Both the position numbers and the translations under genes were made by a program. Under the pieces are notes generated by a model. That model saw only the letters and a list, made by a program, of their open reading frames with translations, did no database searches and was not told the origin of the DNA. Source: Singulisphaera sp. GP187 (lineage in GTDB: Bacteria > Planctomycetota > GCA-002687715). Taken from it: a stretch of 64,000 nucleotides of DNA. Positions 1 through 10,233 of the stretch are shown in pieces. Numbering within the stretch: the first letter of the stretch is position 1; each line of letters opens with the position of its first letter. Location of the stretch: positions 20,873 through 84,872 of the forward strand of contig CAMDTN010000004.1 in the NCBI GenBank assembly GCA_945907755.1, written 5' to 3'.

Positions 1-1326
1 GGCACCTTCGACATCAGCATCTTAGAGGTCGCTGATGCTGGCCCTGAGGGGCGCACTTTCGAAGTGCTGGCCATCAATGGTGATACCCATTTAGGTGGTG
101 ATGACTTCGACCAGGCCCTCATCGATCACGTTGCGGAGGAGTTCCGCAAGCAGCAAGGCATCGATGTGCGCAAGGATCAGATGGCGCTGCAGCGCCTGAA
201 GGAAGCCTGCGAGAAGGCTAAGTGCGAACTCAGCGCGTCCATGCAGACCGAGATCAACTTACCGTTCATCACGGCGGATGCCAGTGGCCCGAAGCACTTG
301 CAACACACCTTGCGCCGCGCCGATTTCGAACGCCTGGTCGACGGGCTCATCGAGCGCACCAAGCTGCCATGTTTGAAGGCAATGGAAGACGCGAAGCTCA
401 CGCCAGAGCAAGTGGACGAAGTCATCTTGGTGGGTGGATCAACCCGCATTCCTGCGGTGCAGGCTATGGTGAAGAGCCTGTTCCGGAAGGAACCCAACCG
501 CAGCGTCAACCCCGACGAAGTGGTGGCCATGGGTGCGGCCATTCAAGGCTCCATTCTTGCGGGTGAGCGCACTGATGTGTTGCTGCTGGATGTCACGCCG
601 CTCTCGTTGGGCATCGAGACTTATGGAAGCGTCTTCACCAAGCTCATCGAGCGCAACACCACGATCCCCAGCCGCAAGTCCCAGGTGTTCAGCACTGCCG
701 CCGACAACCAGCCGGCGGTGACAATCCATGTCCTCCAAGGCGAGCGCCCCATGGCAGGGGATAACCGTACGCTGAACCGCTTCGACTTGGATGGGATCCC
801 TGCCGCAACGCGAGGGACGCCACAAATCGAAGTCAGTTTCGACATCGATGCCAACGGCATACTGAATGTGTCAGCCAAAGACCTTGGTACTGGCAAGGAA
901 CAGCACGTGCGTATCACTCCGTCGAGCGGACTCAGCAAGGACGACGTCGAGCGCATGAAGCGCGACGCAGATTCCCACGCTGAGGACGACCGCGCGCGTC
1001 GCGAGCTGATTGACGCACGCAACAAGGCCGAAGCCATGCTCTATGAAGTCGAGAAGACGCTGAAAGAGCACGGCGACAAGTTGTCCGAGAGCGAGAAGGC
1101 TGCGGTGGATGATGCTTCCAAGTTGCTCAAAGCCTCCACTGAGGGCGACAACGCCGGCGACATCGAGCGCGCCATGGAGGCTTTGCAAAAGGCGGTTATG
1201 CCGCTGTCCGAGAAGCTGTACAAGGAGGCCGCCGCCAAGGCGGGGCCCAACCCTGGGGCCACTGCTGCCTCAGGGCCATCCAACGATGACCAAGTGGTCG
1301 ATGCCGATTTCGAAGTGAAGAAGTGA
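1..1326 (+). CDS. dnaK: Molecular chaperone DnaK (Hsp70), C-terminal ~440 aa; 5' end lies outside the window
   Basis: Frame 1 is open from nt 1 ([10 protein letters not shown]...). Hsp70 signatures include [16 protein letters not shown] and the substrate-binding domain [15 protein letters not shown] helical lid and the C-terminal DADFEVKK follow. Confidence 0.97.
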   Translation, partial: GTFDISILEVADAGPEGRTFEVLAINGDTHLGGDDFDQALIDHVAEEFRKQQGIDVRKDQMALQRLKEACEKAKCELSASMQTEINLPFITADASGPKHLQHTLRRADFERLVDGLIERTKLPCLKAMEDAKLTPEQVDEVILVGGSTRIPAVQAMVKSLFRKEPNRSVNPDEVVAMGAAIQGSILAGERTDVLLLDVTPLSLGIETYGSVFTKLIERNTTIPSRKSQVFSTAADNQPAVTIHVLQGERPMAGDNRTLNRFDLDGIPAATRGTPQIEVSFDIDANGILNVSAKDLGTGKEQHVRITPSSGLSKDDVERMKRDADSHAEDDRARRELIDARNKAEAMLYEVEKTLKEHGDKLSESEKAAVDDASKLLKASTEGDNAGDIERAMEALQKAVMPLSEKLYKEAAAKAGPNPGATAASGPSNDDQVVDADFEVKK

Positions 1327-1373
1327 TCTTTGCTGGGACTTGAAGGAGCAGCCACGCTCCTTCAGACTCTTCA

Positions 1374-1413
1374 GGGCCCCGACACCCCGTCGGGGCCCGT
1401 TCGCATTTTTATT
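1374..1413 (+). terminator. Rho-independent terminator after dnaK
   Basis: Perfect 10-bp stem GGGCCCCGAC / GTCGGGGCCC with loop ACCCC, followed by GTTCGCATTTTTATT. A weaker hairpin GAAGGAGC/GCTCCTTC lies at 1342-1363. Confidence 0.7.
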
Positions 1414-1421
1414 GCACTCGC

Positions 1422-2318
1422 ATGATCCAAGTCGAAAACCTCACCAAACGCTACGCTGGGTTCACGGCCCTTGATCGCGTGTCCTTCAGCGTGGCTGCCG
1501 GCACTGTGGTGGGCTTCCTTGGCGCGAACGGCGCGGGAAAGACCACAATGTTGCGCATTCTGTCGTGCTTCATGCCGCCATCTGAAGGCGTAGCGCGCGT
1601 GGGCGGCTTCGACACAGTGCGCGAGGGGCAACAGGTGAGGCGCATCATCGGCTACCTCCCCGAATCGGTACCGCTCTACACCGACATGCGCGTGCACGAG
1701 TACCTGCATTTTCGTGCGCGGCTGAAAGGCGTCGTTGCGACTGATGCTAAGGCTGCCGTAGAGCGCGTGATCAGTCGCTGCCGCCTCGTGGAGAAGCGCC
1801 GCAACCTCATCGGTGCATTGTCCAAGGGCCAACGGCAACGCGTGGGCATCGCCGACGCGTTGGTGCACGATCCGCGCCTGTTGATTTTGGATGAACCCAC
1901 TTCGGGGCTGGACCCTGATCAGCGCATCGAGGTGCGGAATCTGATTCACGAGTTGGGCGCCGAACGCACGGTGCTGTTGTCTACGCACATCTTGCCGGAA
2001 GCGGAAGCCACTTGCAGCCACGTGGTGATCATTCACCGTGGCCGTGTGCGTGCCAGCGCCGCGACAGCGTCATTGCGCAGCGCCTTCGGTCACTGGCGCT
2101 TGGTCCATTCTGGAGCGCCGCTGCCGGACGCTGCGAATGCAGCGCACGATGCTCACGGCGACCGCACCACCGTTCGCTGCGAATCTCAAGAAGCCGGCGC
2201 CGCGCACGCTGCGGCAGCTGTGCGCGCGGGACGCTCGGTAATGGAATTGTCGTGCCAAGGGCAAACCCTCGAAGCGGTGTTCTTAGAGATCGCGAGTAGC
2301 GCTGAGGGTGCGGCATGA
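1422..2318 (+). CDS. ABC transporter ATP-binding protein (ABC-2 / GldA-like subfamily)
   Basis: Walker A GANGAGKTT, signature LSKGQRQRV and Walker B LLILDEPTSGLD. It is the first gene of a 4-gene overlapping operon. Confidence 0.93.
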   Translation: MIQVENLTKRYAGFTALDRVSFSVAAGTVVGFLGANGAGKTTMLRILSCFMPPSEGVARVGGFDTVREGQQVRRIIGYLPESVPLYTDMRVHEYLHFRARLKGVVATDAKAAVERVISRCRLVEKRRNLIGALSKGQRQRVGIADALVHDPRLLILDEPTSGLDPDQRIEVRNLIHELGAERTVLLSTHILPEAEATCSHVVIIHRGRVRASAATASLRSAFGHWRLVHSGAPLPDAANAAHDAHGDRTTVRCESQEAGAAHAAAAVRAGRSVMELSCQGQTLEAVFLEIASSAEGAA

Positions 2319-3043
2319 GTCGTGTTGCCATTCTGTTCCGCCGCGAGTTGATGGCACAGCTGACGGCTCCGGGCACTTGGGTGTTGCTAGGGTTGTCATG
2401 GTTGTGGCTCGGCGCGCTGTTCCGCTGGCAGGTGATGCCCAGCGCAGGCCATGGCGACCTTCAGTTCATGTTGTGGCAGGGCACCTTGCATGCCGTGAAC
2501 ATGCAAATCCTCTTTGTGCCTCTCATCACCATGCGCTGCCTAGCCGAAGAGAAACGCAGCGGCACCATCGAAATGTTGGTGACGGCACCTTTGGCCGACC
2601 ACGAGATCATCATCGCGAAATTTGGGGCGGCTTGGTTCGTGGACACGCTGCTGTGGTGTGTGCTGCCGTTGTACATGCTGGTTGCGCGCCAAGCAGGAGG
2701 CGACCCCGATTGGGGGCCCGTGCTGGCGGCATGTTTCGCGCTGCTCGGAGCCGGCGCGGTGCTGACAGCGATCGGAGTATTCGCTTCGTCCATCGCGACC
2801 AACCAACTCTTAGCCGCTTTCGTTGGGCTCCTGTTGACGTTCGGTTTCTTGTACGCGCCGCGATTGGTTCCGCCAGACTGGAGCTTCACTCAGGGCATCC
2901 TCTCCAGTGGCGACCTACTGAAGCAAGTTGAAGAATCTGCCCGCGGCATCGTGGATCTTGTCGCTGTCACATTTCAGGTATCCATGTGCGCGCTGTTCCT
3001 GCTGTTTGCCACTCGTTCGCTGGAGGCTCGCAAATGGGCATGA
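2315..3043 (+). CDS. ABC-2 type transporter permease (GldF-like)
   Basis: ATGA overlap with the ATPase stop. The 242-aa protein is polytopic and hydrophobic, and sits in the position typical of gldF-like permeases. Confidence 0.8.
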   Translation: MSRVAILFRRELMAQLTAPGTWVLLGLSWLWLGALFRWQVMPSAGHGDLQFMLWQGTLHAVNMQILFVPLITMRCLAEEKRSGTIEMLVTAPLADHEIIIAKFGAAWFVDTLLWCVLPLYMLVARQAGGDPDWGPVLAACFALLGAGAVLTAIGVFASSIATNQLLAAFVGLLLTFGFLYAPRLVPPDWSFTQGILSSGDLLKQVEESARGIVDLVAVTFQVSMCALFLLFATRSLEARKWA

Positions 3044-4629
3044 AACCGGGCGGCATGACCAAAGCGTGGCGCACCGGTGTGTTTGCCAACGTGGTGCTGA
3101 TCTGTGCGCTGGGTGTGTTTGTGGCCATCGGCAGCGTCACGCTCGTGCGGAAGCTTTCGTGGCGGCATGATTTGCGCTTCGACATGACTGCCGAACGGAC
3201 TTACAGCATGTCCGATGGCGATCGCTCCATGCTGCGGGCGCTGGAAGCTCCTGTGAGCGTGGTCTTTGCCTGGGGCTTTGACCGCGACATCTTGCAGCGC
3301 GTGCTTGATGCGCAAGGCGCACCGCGTGCGGACTTGTTGGCGCAGCACTATCGCCCATTAATGGAAGACGCAGCGCGCCGCGTGCACCGGGTGCTGGAGG
3401 AGTGGAGCCATGTCACCCCGCAATTGACCTACAGCGTCATCGATGCGGACAGTGCTCCGCGTGAACTGGAACTGGAAGCGCGCAGGCTCGGGCGTCACCC
3501 CGAGGAGCTGTTGAACAAAGTCCTGTTAGTGCAGGGGACACGCCGGCGCGAGGTGCCGCTCAGTCGCATGATGCGCGATGTGCAATGGGGCTTCTTCCCT
3601 GCGATGCCTGGGGCCAGCCCGCGCTTTCCCCAGCCACCATCCAGTTGGGGCATGAGCGCGGAATTGGGCTCTGCTGTCCGTGCGCTTGGCAGCGGCAGCA
3701 TGCCGTTGGTCGGGGTCGTCGTAGGCCACGACGGTCTGATGGAGCCTGGTTCGCGCGCGTTTGCAGATCTTGGCGGGTTCCTGCAATCGGAAGGCTATGA
3801 ATGCCGTGGATTGGAGTTGATGCGCACCGAAGACTTGCGGCAGTTTGCCTGCATCATCGTGCCTGCTCCGAAAAAATTGCTGGCTGCGCGAGAAACAGAA
3901 CTGCTGCGCGACTACGAACAAACTGGAGGGCGCCTGCTGCTGTGCGCAGACCCACGCTTTGCAGAAGACTACGCCCGCATCATCGAACCATTCGGCGTCA
4001 CTTTGACTGCGGCAGTCATCGATGATCGCCGTCTGCGCGAACCATCACGCGAGAGCGGCGTCGATTTGCAGTCCATGAGTTTTTGTGTTGGGCAACATCC
4101 TGTGGATGCGCCCCTCAAAGATCGGGTTGCTCTTTACCTTGGGCCAACACGGCCTCTTGTACTGCGCGCTGAGCACGCTCCGGCGGTAGAGCGCGTTGCG
4201 CTGCTGCGCGCGTCAGCCGATGCTGACGCTATTCCAGTCACGCATGACAGCAGTCGCGGCACTTACAGCGCCATGGAAGGCAAACGCGAGAAGGCACCGC
4301 AAGCGCTGCTCGCGGCAGCGCTCCGCCGCACCCATGCGGGCAGCCCGCGCGAAAGCCGCACCATCTTGCTGGGTGGTGGCGGCGCCTTCGCCCCCGATGA
4401 ACTGGCCTTGCCGACGCACTTCGGGAATCGCGATTTTCTGCTGAATTGCATGACATGGTTGTGCGAACGACCCTTCAGCACACAAGCCACGCTGCGCGAA
4501 GAGTCGCGCCCGCGCTTAGTCTCTGTTGGCGCGTTCGCAGAGCCCATGCGCTGGATCGGCGTGATCGGGCTGCCGCTGTTGGCGTTCGCAATTGCCGCAA
4601 GTGTGTTTTTTGCTCGCCGCAGCACCTGA
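3034..4629 (+). CDS. GldG-like ABC-transporter auxiliary protein (large extracytoplasmic domain between two TM helices)
   Basis: N-terminal TM VFANVVLICALGVFVAIGSV and C-terminal TM WIGVIGLPLLAFAIAASVFF. It directly follows the ABC-2 ATPase and permease. Start ATG 3034 or 3040 (ATGA overlap with the permease stop) is preferred over the ORF-track start 2986. Confidence 0.7.
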   Translation: MGMKPGGMTKAWRTGVFANVVLICALGVFVAIGSVTLVRKLSWRHDLRFDMTAERTYSMSDGDRSMLRALEAPVSVVFAWGFDRDILQRVLDAQGAPRADLLAQHYRPLMEDAARRVHRVLEEWSHVTPQLTYSVIDADSAPRELELEARRLGRHPEELLNKVLLVQGTRRREVPLSRMMRDVQWGFFPAMPGASPRFPQPPSSWGMSAELGSAVRALGSGSMPLVGVVVGHDGLMEPGSRAFADLGGFLQSEGYECRGLELMRTEDLRQFACIIVPAPKKLLAARETELLRDYEQTGGRLLLCADPRFAEDYARIIEPFGVTLTAAVIDDRRLREPSRESGVDLQSMSFCVGQHPVDAPLKDRVALYLGPTRPLVLRAEHAPAVERVALLRASADADAIPVTHDSSRGTYSAMEGKREKAPQALLAAALRRTHAGSPRESRTILLGGGGAFAPDELALPTHFGNRDFLLNCMTWLCERPFSTQATLREESRPRLVSVGAFAEPMRWIGVIGLPLLAFAIAASVFFARRST

Positions 4630-4631
4630 AC

Positions 4632-6464
4632 ATGAATCAGCGCACCACATTGATTCTGTTGGCTGCTGGCGCCGTTGTTGCACTGGTGTGGTTCTTGCAA
4701 CCTGATCCGCCGAAAAACCAACGCACACTGTTTGCCGACTGGAGCACATCCAGCGCCGTGCGCGTCGTGGTGAGGCATGTGGACTCTCCTGCGTTCACAG
4801 TGGAACGCAACAAACTGGGAGTTTGGATGTTGACGGATGCGGTGCCGCCACTGCGCGCGAAACAGTTGTTGCTGGCGCAACTCCTGCAATCACTGCGTGA
4901 AGTATCGGCCTTACGCACGGTTGCAGAGCATGCTGGCGAAGCAGATCTCGAACGCTACGGATTGCATTCAGGCATGAGCTCCGCGGTGACGGCTACAGCT
5001 GCCGACGGCACTGTCGTCAGTCTGAGCATGGGTGCTGCGCTGGGCACCGGCGGTGTCGCCGCGCGTACCAACCGCAGCGACGCCGTTGTAGCTGTGCCGT
5101 CAGAGATCTTGCCGTTGCTGCTGCCTGATCGTGCAGATTGCGTCGACCCGCAATTGCTTGCGCTGAATCCGTTGGATGTGACCAGTATTCGATTCCACCG
5201 CGCGGGAGTTCTGGCGTTCAGCTTAGAACGACGCTTTTCCCGCTGGGTGATTGGCAGCCAAGGCGACGCTCCAGCCGATGCCGGCCAGTGCGACCGGATG
5301 CGCAACATGCTGGCCACAGTTTGTTCGGTGCTGCGCCACACGCCTTCAGAAGCCACCAGCGCGTTGTGGACGGCAGCAGCGCTCAATTCCCAAATGGTGG
5401 AGTTGCAGGAACGCAGCGGCGTTGTTCGCAGCATCGAATTCCGACTCGCGCCCAGTGGCGAATTGCTTGCGCGCACGCCAGAAGACGCCTGTGTGCACCA
5501 AGTGGCAACCGAAGTGAAACTTGTATTGGCCTTGGACGCGAGCCAGCTTCGCGATCGCCGCGTGGTGCTTGCGGAGTCCGGCGACATTGTGGCCGTCACG
5601 GTCAAGAACGCGGGGGCCACCACAGAGTGGAAACTGGCACGCACTGGCACGCTGTGGGATGTCGTGCTGCCAGCGCGAGAAGCGAGCGCAAACCTCGCGC
5701 AACCTTCCACTGTGCTGCTGCCAGCAGACGCGCTTGCGCGCTCTAAGTTCATCGAGCGTCTGGCATCTCTGCAATATGACGCAGGGAGTGTGCAACGCAC
5801 GACTGCGTCAGCGGCGAACCCTGTTGTGGTAACGATCGCATCGGGGGAGCGCGCGGATCGTATCCAAACACTGGCGTTTGCGGGCGACTCAAGTGGAAGC
5901 GTCGTCATGGACGACCGCGAATCCGCTTGCTCTGGAAGCATCGCTGCAGCAAGCCTCGACTTCCTGAGAGCAACGCCGTTGGATCTACTGGAACGACTTG
6001 CTATCGGAGCAGGCGCCTACTTTGCCATTGGTGGCATTCGCTTGCGCATGGAAGGCGAAGAAGAAGTGGAAATCCGCACCACGATTCCGGCACCAGGGGA
6101 AGACCTGCAAGGTGCGCTAGTCACAGCTCAAGGTCCACGGCCGATCCCGGAGGAAGTGATTCGTCCGGTGGTGCATCGCTTAGTCGTGCCTACGGTGAAA
6201 CGCTTTGTCGGATGTGGATCTGCCCCCGAACATGGGTTCGAGCGCCCACTGGTGGACGCAGCATTTTATGAACTGACGAAACCAGATGCTGATCAGGTGG
6301 ACCCTAACGGCGACGGCCGCTGGCGCTCGCTGCGTATTGGTGCGCCTTGTGGATCGGAGGGTTTCTACGCGCGCTTCGATGGCGACCCGGCCGATTTAGT
6401 GTTCATTCTGGAGCAACAGGATTTGGCCGTGTTCAGCAACTTGCTGCGCTTTGCGCGGCAGTGA
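4632..6464 (+). CDS. Membrane-anchored extracytoplasmic protein, probably DUF4340 family
   Basis: Start moved to ATG 4632 (MNQRTTLILLAAGAVVALVWF, a single TM), 2 nt after the upstream stop. It occupies the slot normally held by DUF4340 proteins after GldG-like genes. The family name is from memory. Confidence 0.6.
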   Translation: MNQRTTLILLAAGAVVALVWFLQPDPPKNQRTLFADWSTSSAVRVVVRHVDSPAFTVERNKLGVWMLTDAVPPLRAKQLLLAQLLQSLREVSALRTVAEHAGEADLERYGLHSGMSSAVTATAADGTVVSLSMGAALGTGGVAARTNRSDAVVAVPSEILPLLLPDRADCVDPQLLALNPLDVTSIRFHRAGVLAFSLERRFSRWVIGSQGDAPADAGQCDRMRNMLATVCSVLRHTPSEATSALWTAAALNSQMVELQERSGVVRSIEFRLAPSGELLARTPEDACVHQVATEVKLVLALDASQLRDRRVVLAESGDIVAVTVKNAGATTEWKLARTGTLWDVVLPAREASANLAQPSTVLLPADALARSKFIERLASLQYDAGSVQRTTASAANPVVVTIASGERADRIQTLAFAGDSSGSVVMDDRESACSGSIAAASLDFLRATPLDLLERLAIGAGAYFAIGGIRLRMEGEEEVEIRTTIPAPGEDLQGALVTAQGPRPIPEEVIRPVVHRLVVPTVKRFVGCGSAPEHGFERPLVDAAFYELTKPDADQVDPNGDGRWRSLRIGAPCGSEGFYARFDGDPADLVFILEQQDLAVFSNLLRFARQ

Positions 6465-6465
6465 T

Positions 6466-7974
6466 TCAGCCCTCGGCTTTGCCGTATTTCGCATCGCCAG
6501 CGCGTACATCCGCCACATGCACAACGCGATTTGGGCCACAGCGTTTGGCGCGCTGCAACGCGCGGTTAGCTGCGGCGAAGAGTGTGTCGCGGTCGGTTCC
6601 ATCTTCGGGGAATACAGCAACTCCCGCAGAGATGGTTACTTTGCCCTTGAGCCTCGGGATCTGCACGCTGAAATCGTGGCGCTCCACCGCGCTGCGCACG
6701 CGATTCACAGGGTCTGCATGTTCACTCAAGCCAATCGTGGCGGGATTTCCACCCACCGACTCGGGCAGCAGCACAGCAAATTCGTCACCGCCCCAACGCG
6801 TCACAGTGTCTTCCGAGCGGAAGCCGCGCAAAATGACATCGGCCACAGAACGAATCACGGCGTCGCCAGTCGAGTAACCGTTCAGGTCGTTGATGGTCTT
6901 GAACTTGTCCACATCCAGCAACACCAAAGTCAGCTTGCGCATGTGGCGCTTGGCCCGCTGCAATTCGCGAACGAAGATGCGGTCGAAGTAGCGCCGATTG
7001 AACAAGCCAGTCAGTGGGTCCACCACGGCCATGTTGTCCAGTTCTTTCAGCCGGCTCGCGTTTGTCAGGTTGGCCACGAATTGCAACGCGAGCGCCTCTA
7101 GTTCGGGGAAAACCAATGTGGTGAATGGCTCTCCGTGCGGTTCTGCCAAGGCGACCAGCCCATGGTGGTCCTGCTGGTCTATCAAAGGGATCAGCAGCAG
7201 CGGTGCGCGCAGCAGGGTCGCAGACGCTGGCAGCAGTTCACTGGTCGTCAGCGCTGGATGACCGTGCAACAACGCCGCTGCGGCGGCACCAGAGATTGGA
7301 ACCGCATCGCTGAGTTCGTCACCCGGTGCCGATTGCTCGACCAAGTCCCAAGATTCGCCATTGCCAACCTTGAGCCAAAGCGCACCAGAATTCGCAGATC
7401 CAATGTCCATGAACATTTGGAGGGCGAGGGTGATCAGCTTCGCGCGGTCGCGTTCTTCGCAGCTCAAACGCCGCGCAAACTCAGCAACACGCTGCCACTC
7501 ACCGTTGGCACCCGCGTTGAGCAGTACTGCACCAGTGGCTGGATTGGGGCCAAATACTTCTGCAGGAATTGCCGACCCGCGCTCGGTAGGCCGGCGCAAA
7601 CGATCACGCTTGGTGTTGCCGCATTCCACCGCGTCCTTAAACGCCGAGTACAAGTACGGTTCGCGCAGCACGAGATCCACCATGGAATCGCAGGCGCTGA
7701 CATCAACTTCAGCTCCGACGCTGATAAGGATAAATGCCTCGGTCTGCAGAGCGCGGGCCTGGCGCAAGAAGTCTGCAGCGTCAGCACCAAGCAGTTCGTG
7801 GCGCACTAACAGCACGCTGCGCTCGTAGCGCGCGAGCTGCGCAATAGCGTCGTAGGGTCGCGCGGTTGCAAGCACACGGATTCCCTCCGAGCGGAGCAAA
7901 TCCATGTAGTGTGCCAGATTGGCTTCCCCGTCCGTGAGGACGATGAGAACTGCTTGGGGCTGTGCGGAAGTCAC
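6466..7974 (-). CDS. Diguanylate cyclase: degenerate receiver domain, GAF-like middle domain and GGDEF domain
   Basis: The GGDEF domain has an intact GGDEF motif (TRWGGDEFAVLLPE). An RxxD I-site (RSED) lies 5 residues upstream. The N-terminal REC-like fold lacks the DD pair and the phospho-acceptor Asp (VLLVRHELLG). Confidence 0.88.
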   Translation of the reverse strand: MTSAQPQAVLIVLTDGEANLAHYMDLLRSEGIRVLATARPYDAIAQLARYERSVLLVRHELLGADAADFLRQARALQTEAFILISVGAEVDVSACDSMVDLVLREPYLYSAFKDAVECGNTKRDRLRRPTERGSAIPAEVFGPNPATGAVLLNAGANGEWQRVAEFARRLSCEERDRAKLITLALQMFMDIGSANSGALWLKVGNGESWDLVEQSAPGDELSDAVPISGAAAAALLHGHPALTTSELLPASATLLRAPLLLIPLIDQQDHHGLVALAEPHGEPFTTLVFPELEALALQFVANLTNASRLKELDNMAVVDPLTGLFNRRYFDRIFVRELQRAKRHMRKLTLVLLDVDKFKTINDLNGYSTGDAVIRSVADVILRGFRSEDTVTRWGGDEFAVLLPESVGGNPATIGLSEHADPVNRVRSAVERHDFSVQIPRLKGKVTISAGVAVFPEDGTDRDTLFAAANRALQRAKRCGPNRVVHVADVRAGDAKYGKAEG

Positions 7975-9020
7975 TCAGTGGCCTCCACAGCGGTCTGAGC
8001 ATTTCGCAATGTGAGTTGCAGTGTGGTGTGCCCATCGTGATGCGTGACGGCCACAGCGCCTCCGCAATCTTCAGCGGTTTTTACCAAGAGGGCCCAAGCC
8101 AAGGCGCGGGGTGGGCGAACATCACGCAGGAGCGCTGCAAGGGACTGCGCGCGTTGCGCGAGCGGCTTCAATAAATCGCTTTCTTCTTGCAGTACCAAGA
8201 CCACTCCATGGGCGGTGTGCTGCGCGGTAAGCGTCAATTCGCGGACGCGTGTGCGCTCGTCGCAAAAAGAGCTGAACAACAGTTTGAGGGCGGTGTCCAG
8301 CACTGCAGCATCGGCACAGACCATGAGCTTCGAGCCGTCTATATGCCATTCGATGGGGAAAGCCTCCGCGTCCGCTTCGCGTCGGCGTGCGGCAAGCAGC
8401 GCCGCCAAGTCTGCATATGCAGCGTTTGCTACGGGCTGCGTGCCCAGCAAGGCCATGGCATGCAACATTGTTGCCAGACGCTGCAATTCGTTGCGGACTT
8501 GTTTGAGCGGCCGTGCAGCGGGGTCTTCGGGGCCATGGCCCTGTGCAAGCAGCTGTAGCCACCCATCAGCACCAGCCAACGGATTTTTAAGTCCGTGGGC
8601 AAGGGAACGCAATAAATCGCCGGTGGAAGCATCTGGAACCAAAGTTCCGTGGGGAGGCCCGGCAGAAGCGCGACGTGGACCGCCACGGGGCGTCAGGCTT
8701 GGGCGGAGCGCGTCCAAAATATCCGCCGGGAAATAGGGGATGTCAAACCGTTGCCGCAGCTCGGGGAACTCAACTGAGCGCTGGCGACCGAGTACGAAAA
8801 TAGGGTGGTCGCGGAGGAATCCGGCGCTGCCTAATCCAGCCGCACTCTCTTCGTGCAGGATGAAAACCAGCGGCTCCGTGAATCCCCCTGCATGGGTAAG
8901 TTCGTCTCGCAACCCGTCCCCTGCGGAAACGGCTAACAGTTCGTCGACTTCACTGCGCAGGAAGGACGCCAGAGCATCTCGGTCTGGGCCTGGCGGATGA
9001 ATCAGGATGATGCTGGACAA
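7971..9020 (-). CDS. Histidine-kinase-like protein with degenerate receiver and degenerate ATPase domain
   Basis: HisKA-type H-box LLRSLAHGLKNPLAGADGWLQLL. The C-terminal region is collinear with HATPase_c, but I cannot find the N-box Asn or the G1/G2 boxes. The N-terminal REC-like fold has FILHEES at the acceptor position. There is a 4-nt overlap with the downstream GGDEF gene. Confidence 0.65.
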   Translation of the reverse strand: MSSIILIHPPGPDRDALASFLRSEVDELLAVSAGDGLRDELTHAGGFTEPLVFILHEESAAGLGSAGFLRDHPIFVLGRQRSVEFPELRQRFDIPYFPADILDALRPSLTPRGGPRRASAGPPHGTLVPDASTGDLLRSLAHGLKNPLAGADGWLQLLAQGHGPEDPAARPLKQVRNELQRLATMLHAMALLGTQPVANAAYADLAALLAARRREADAEAFPIEWHIDGSKLMVCADAAVLDTALKLLFSSFCDERTRVRELTLTAQHTAHGVVLVLQEESDLLKPLAQRAQSLAALLRDVRPPRALAWALLVKTAEDCGGAVAVTHHDGHTTLQLTLRNAQTAVEATE

Positions 9021-9285
9021 CGGAACGCCTCATGCTCGCTGCCGTCGTACGCAGATGAGCCGTAACTCGAAACAGAGTCACGATTTCTGGAACCCGCGCG
9101 GCAGACGAAGTTTACTCCGAGCAGCACAGATCGCGCAAGTTATAGCCCTTTAGGTCGCGAGCCTGCAGCCCCGATAGACTCCTGCTAGGCACCGATGTCT
9201 GTGAACAGCGGGGCCGCCATGGAATTTTGTGGTAAACCCCGCAACCCAGAATCAGACCGAATTGCCTCAGGGCCAGTGACTTGCG

Positions 9286-10233
9286 ATGAGCGCCTCCCCA
9301 GAAGTCTCCGTCGTTATCCCCATCTACAACGAGGAGGAAGCTCTGCCTCACCTTTTCACAGCTATGGACGCTTTCATCAGTAGCTTTGAACGCAGTTGTG
9401 AAATCGTGACCGTGGACGACGGCAGCAAGGACCGGTCCATGGACCTGCTTCGACAGGCCGTCCAGACGAGGCCTTGGCTTGTGGTGGCACGACTTCGTGC
9501 CAACCGCGGGCAGACTGCTGCGATGGCAGCAGGTCTCGAACTGGCGCGCGGCAGCATCGTTGTGTTCATGGACGCAGATCTGCAGAACGACCCCAACGAT
9601 ATCCCGCGACTCGTCGCGAAGTTGGATGAGGGCTACGACTTAGCTTCCGGCTGGCGGCGTCAACGCAAAGACCGGGCATTCACACGCAAGTTTCCCAGCT
9701 GGATTGCCAACCGTTTGATCGGGCGGTTCATCGGTGTGCGCGTGCATGATTACGGCTGCACGCTGAAGGCCTACCGCGCGAGTGTCATCAAACCGTTGCA
9801 TTTGTATTCCGATATGCACCGCTTTTTGCCGGCCCTATGTTCATCGGCGGGTGCGCGCATCACTGAAGTGGAAGTGCGACACCATCCGCGCACGCACGGC
9901 AACAGCAAGTACGGTTTGAATCGCGTCTTGAAAGTGATGTGCGACATGTTGGTAATCAAACTCATTGTGGCGTTTGCGGACAGACCCATGCATTACTTCG
10001 GCCCCTTCAGCGTCGCGTTCTTGATGGTTGGAGGCTCAGCCATCACGCTGCATCTGGTGAACATCGCGGCCGGCTGGCGTGAACAGAGTATTGTGCTTCC
10101 CGCGCTGTCTGTGCTGGCACTTGTGTCCTGCATTTACTTCCTGTTCATGGGACTCCTAGCTGAACTGATCGTGCGGGTTGGCCGCCGGGACGCCCGCGCC
10201 CTGACACGCGGCGCGGCGGAAGCAACATGCTGA
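9286..10233 (+). CDS. GT2 polyprenyl-phosphate glycosyltransferase (DPM1/GtrB/ArnC-like) with two C-terminal TM helices
   Basis: Motifs VVIPIYNEE, VTVDDGSKDRS, NRGQTAA and the DxD motif FMDADLQNDP. The C-terminal end has hydrophobic helices. Confidence 0.88.
   Translation: MSASPEVSVVIPIYNEEEALPHLFTAMDAFISSFERSCEIVTVDDGSKDRSMDLLRQAVQTRPWLVVARLRANRGQTAAMAAGLELARGSIVVFMDADLQNDPNDIPRLVAKLDEGYDLASGWRRQRKDRAFTRKFPSWIANRLIGRFIGVRVHDYGCTLKAYRASVIKPLHLYSDMHRFLPALCSSAGARITEVEVRHHPRTHGNSKYGLNRVLKVMCDMLVIKLIVAFADRPMHYFGPFSVAFLMVGGSAITLHLVNIAAGWREQSIVLPALSVLALVSCIYFLFMGLLAELIVRVGRRDARALTRGAAEATC

Noticed and set aside
9088-9103. GG-N10-GC arrangement (TGGAACCCGCGCGGCA) in the divergent region upstream of the GT2 operon.
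   Set aside because: It matches only the four invariant bases and is poor elsewhere. It is about 180 nt from the start codon.
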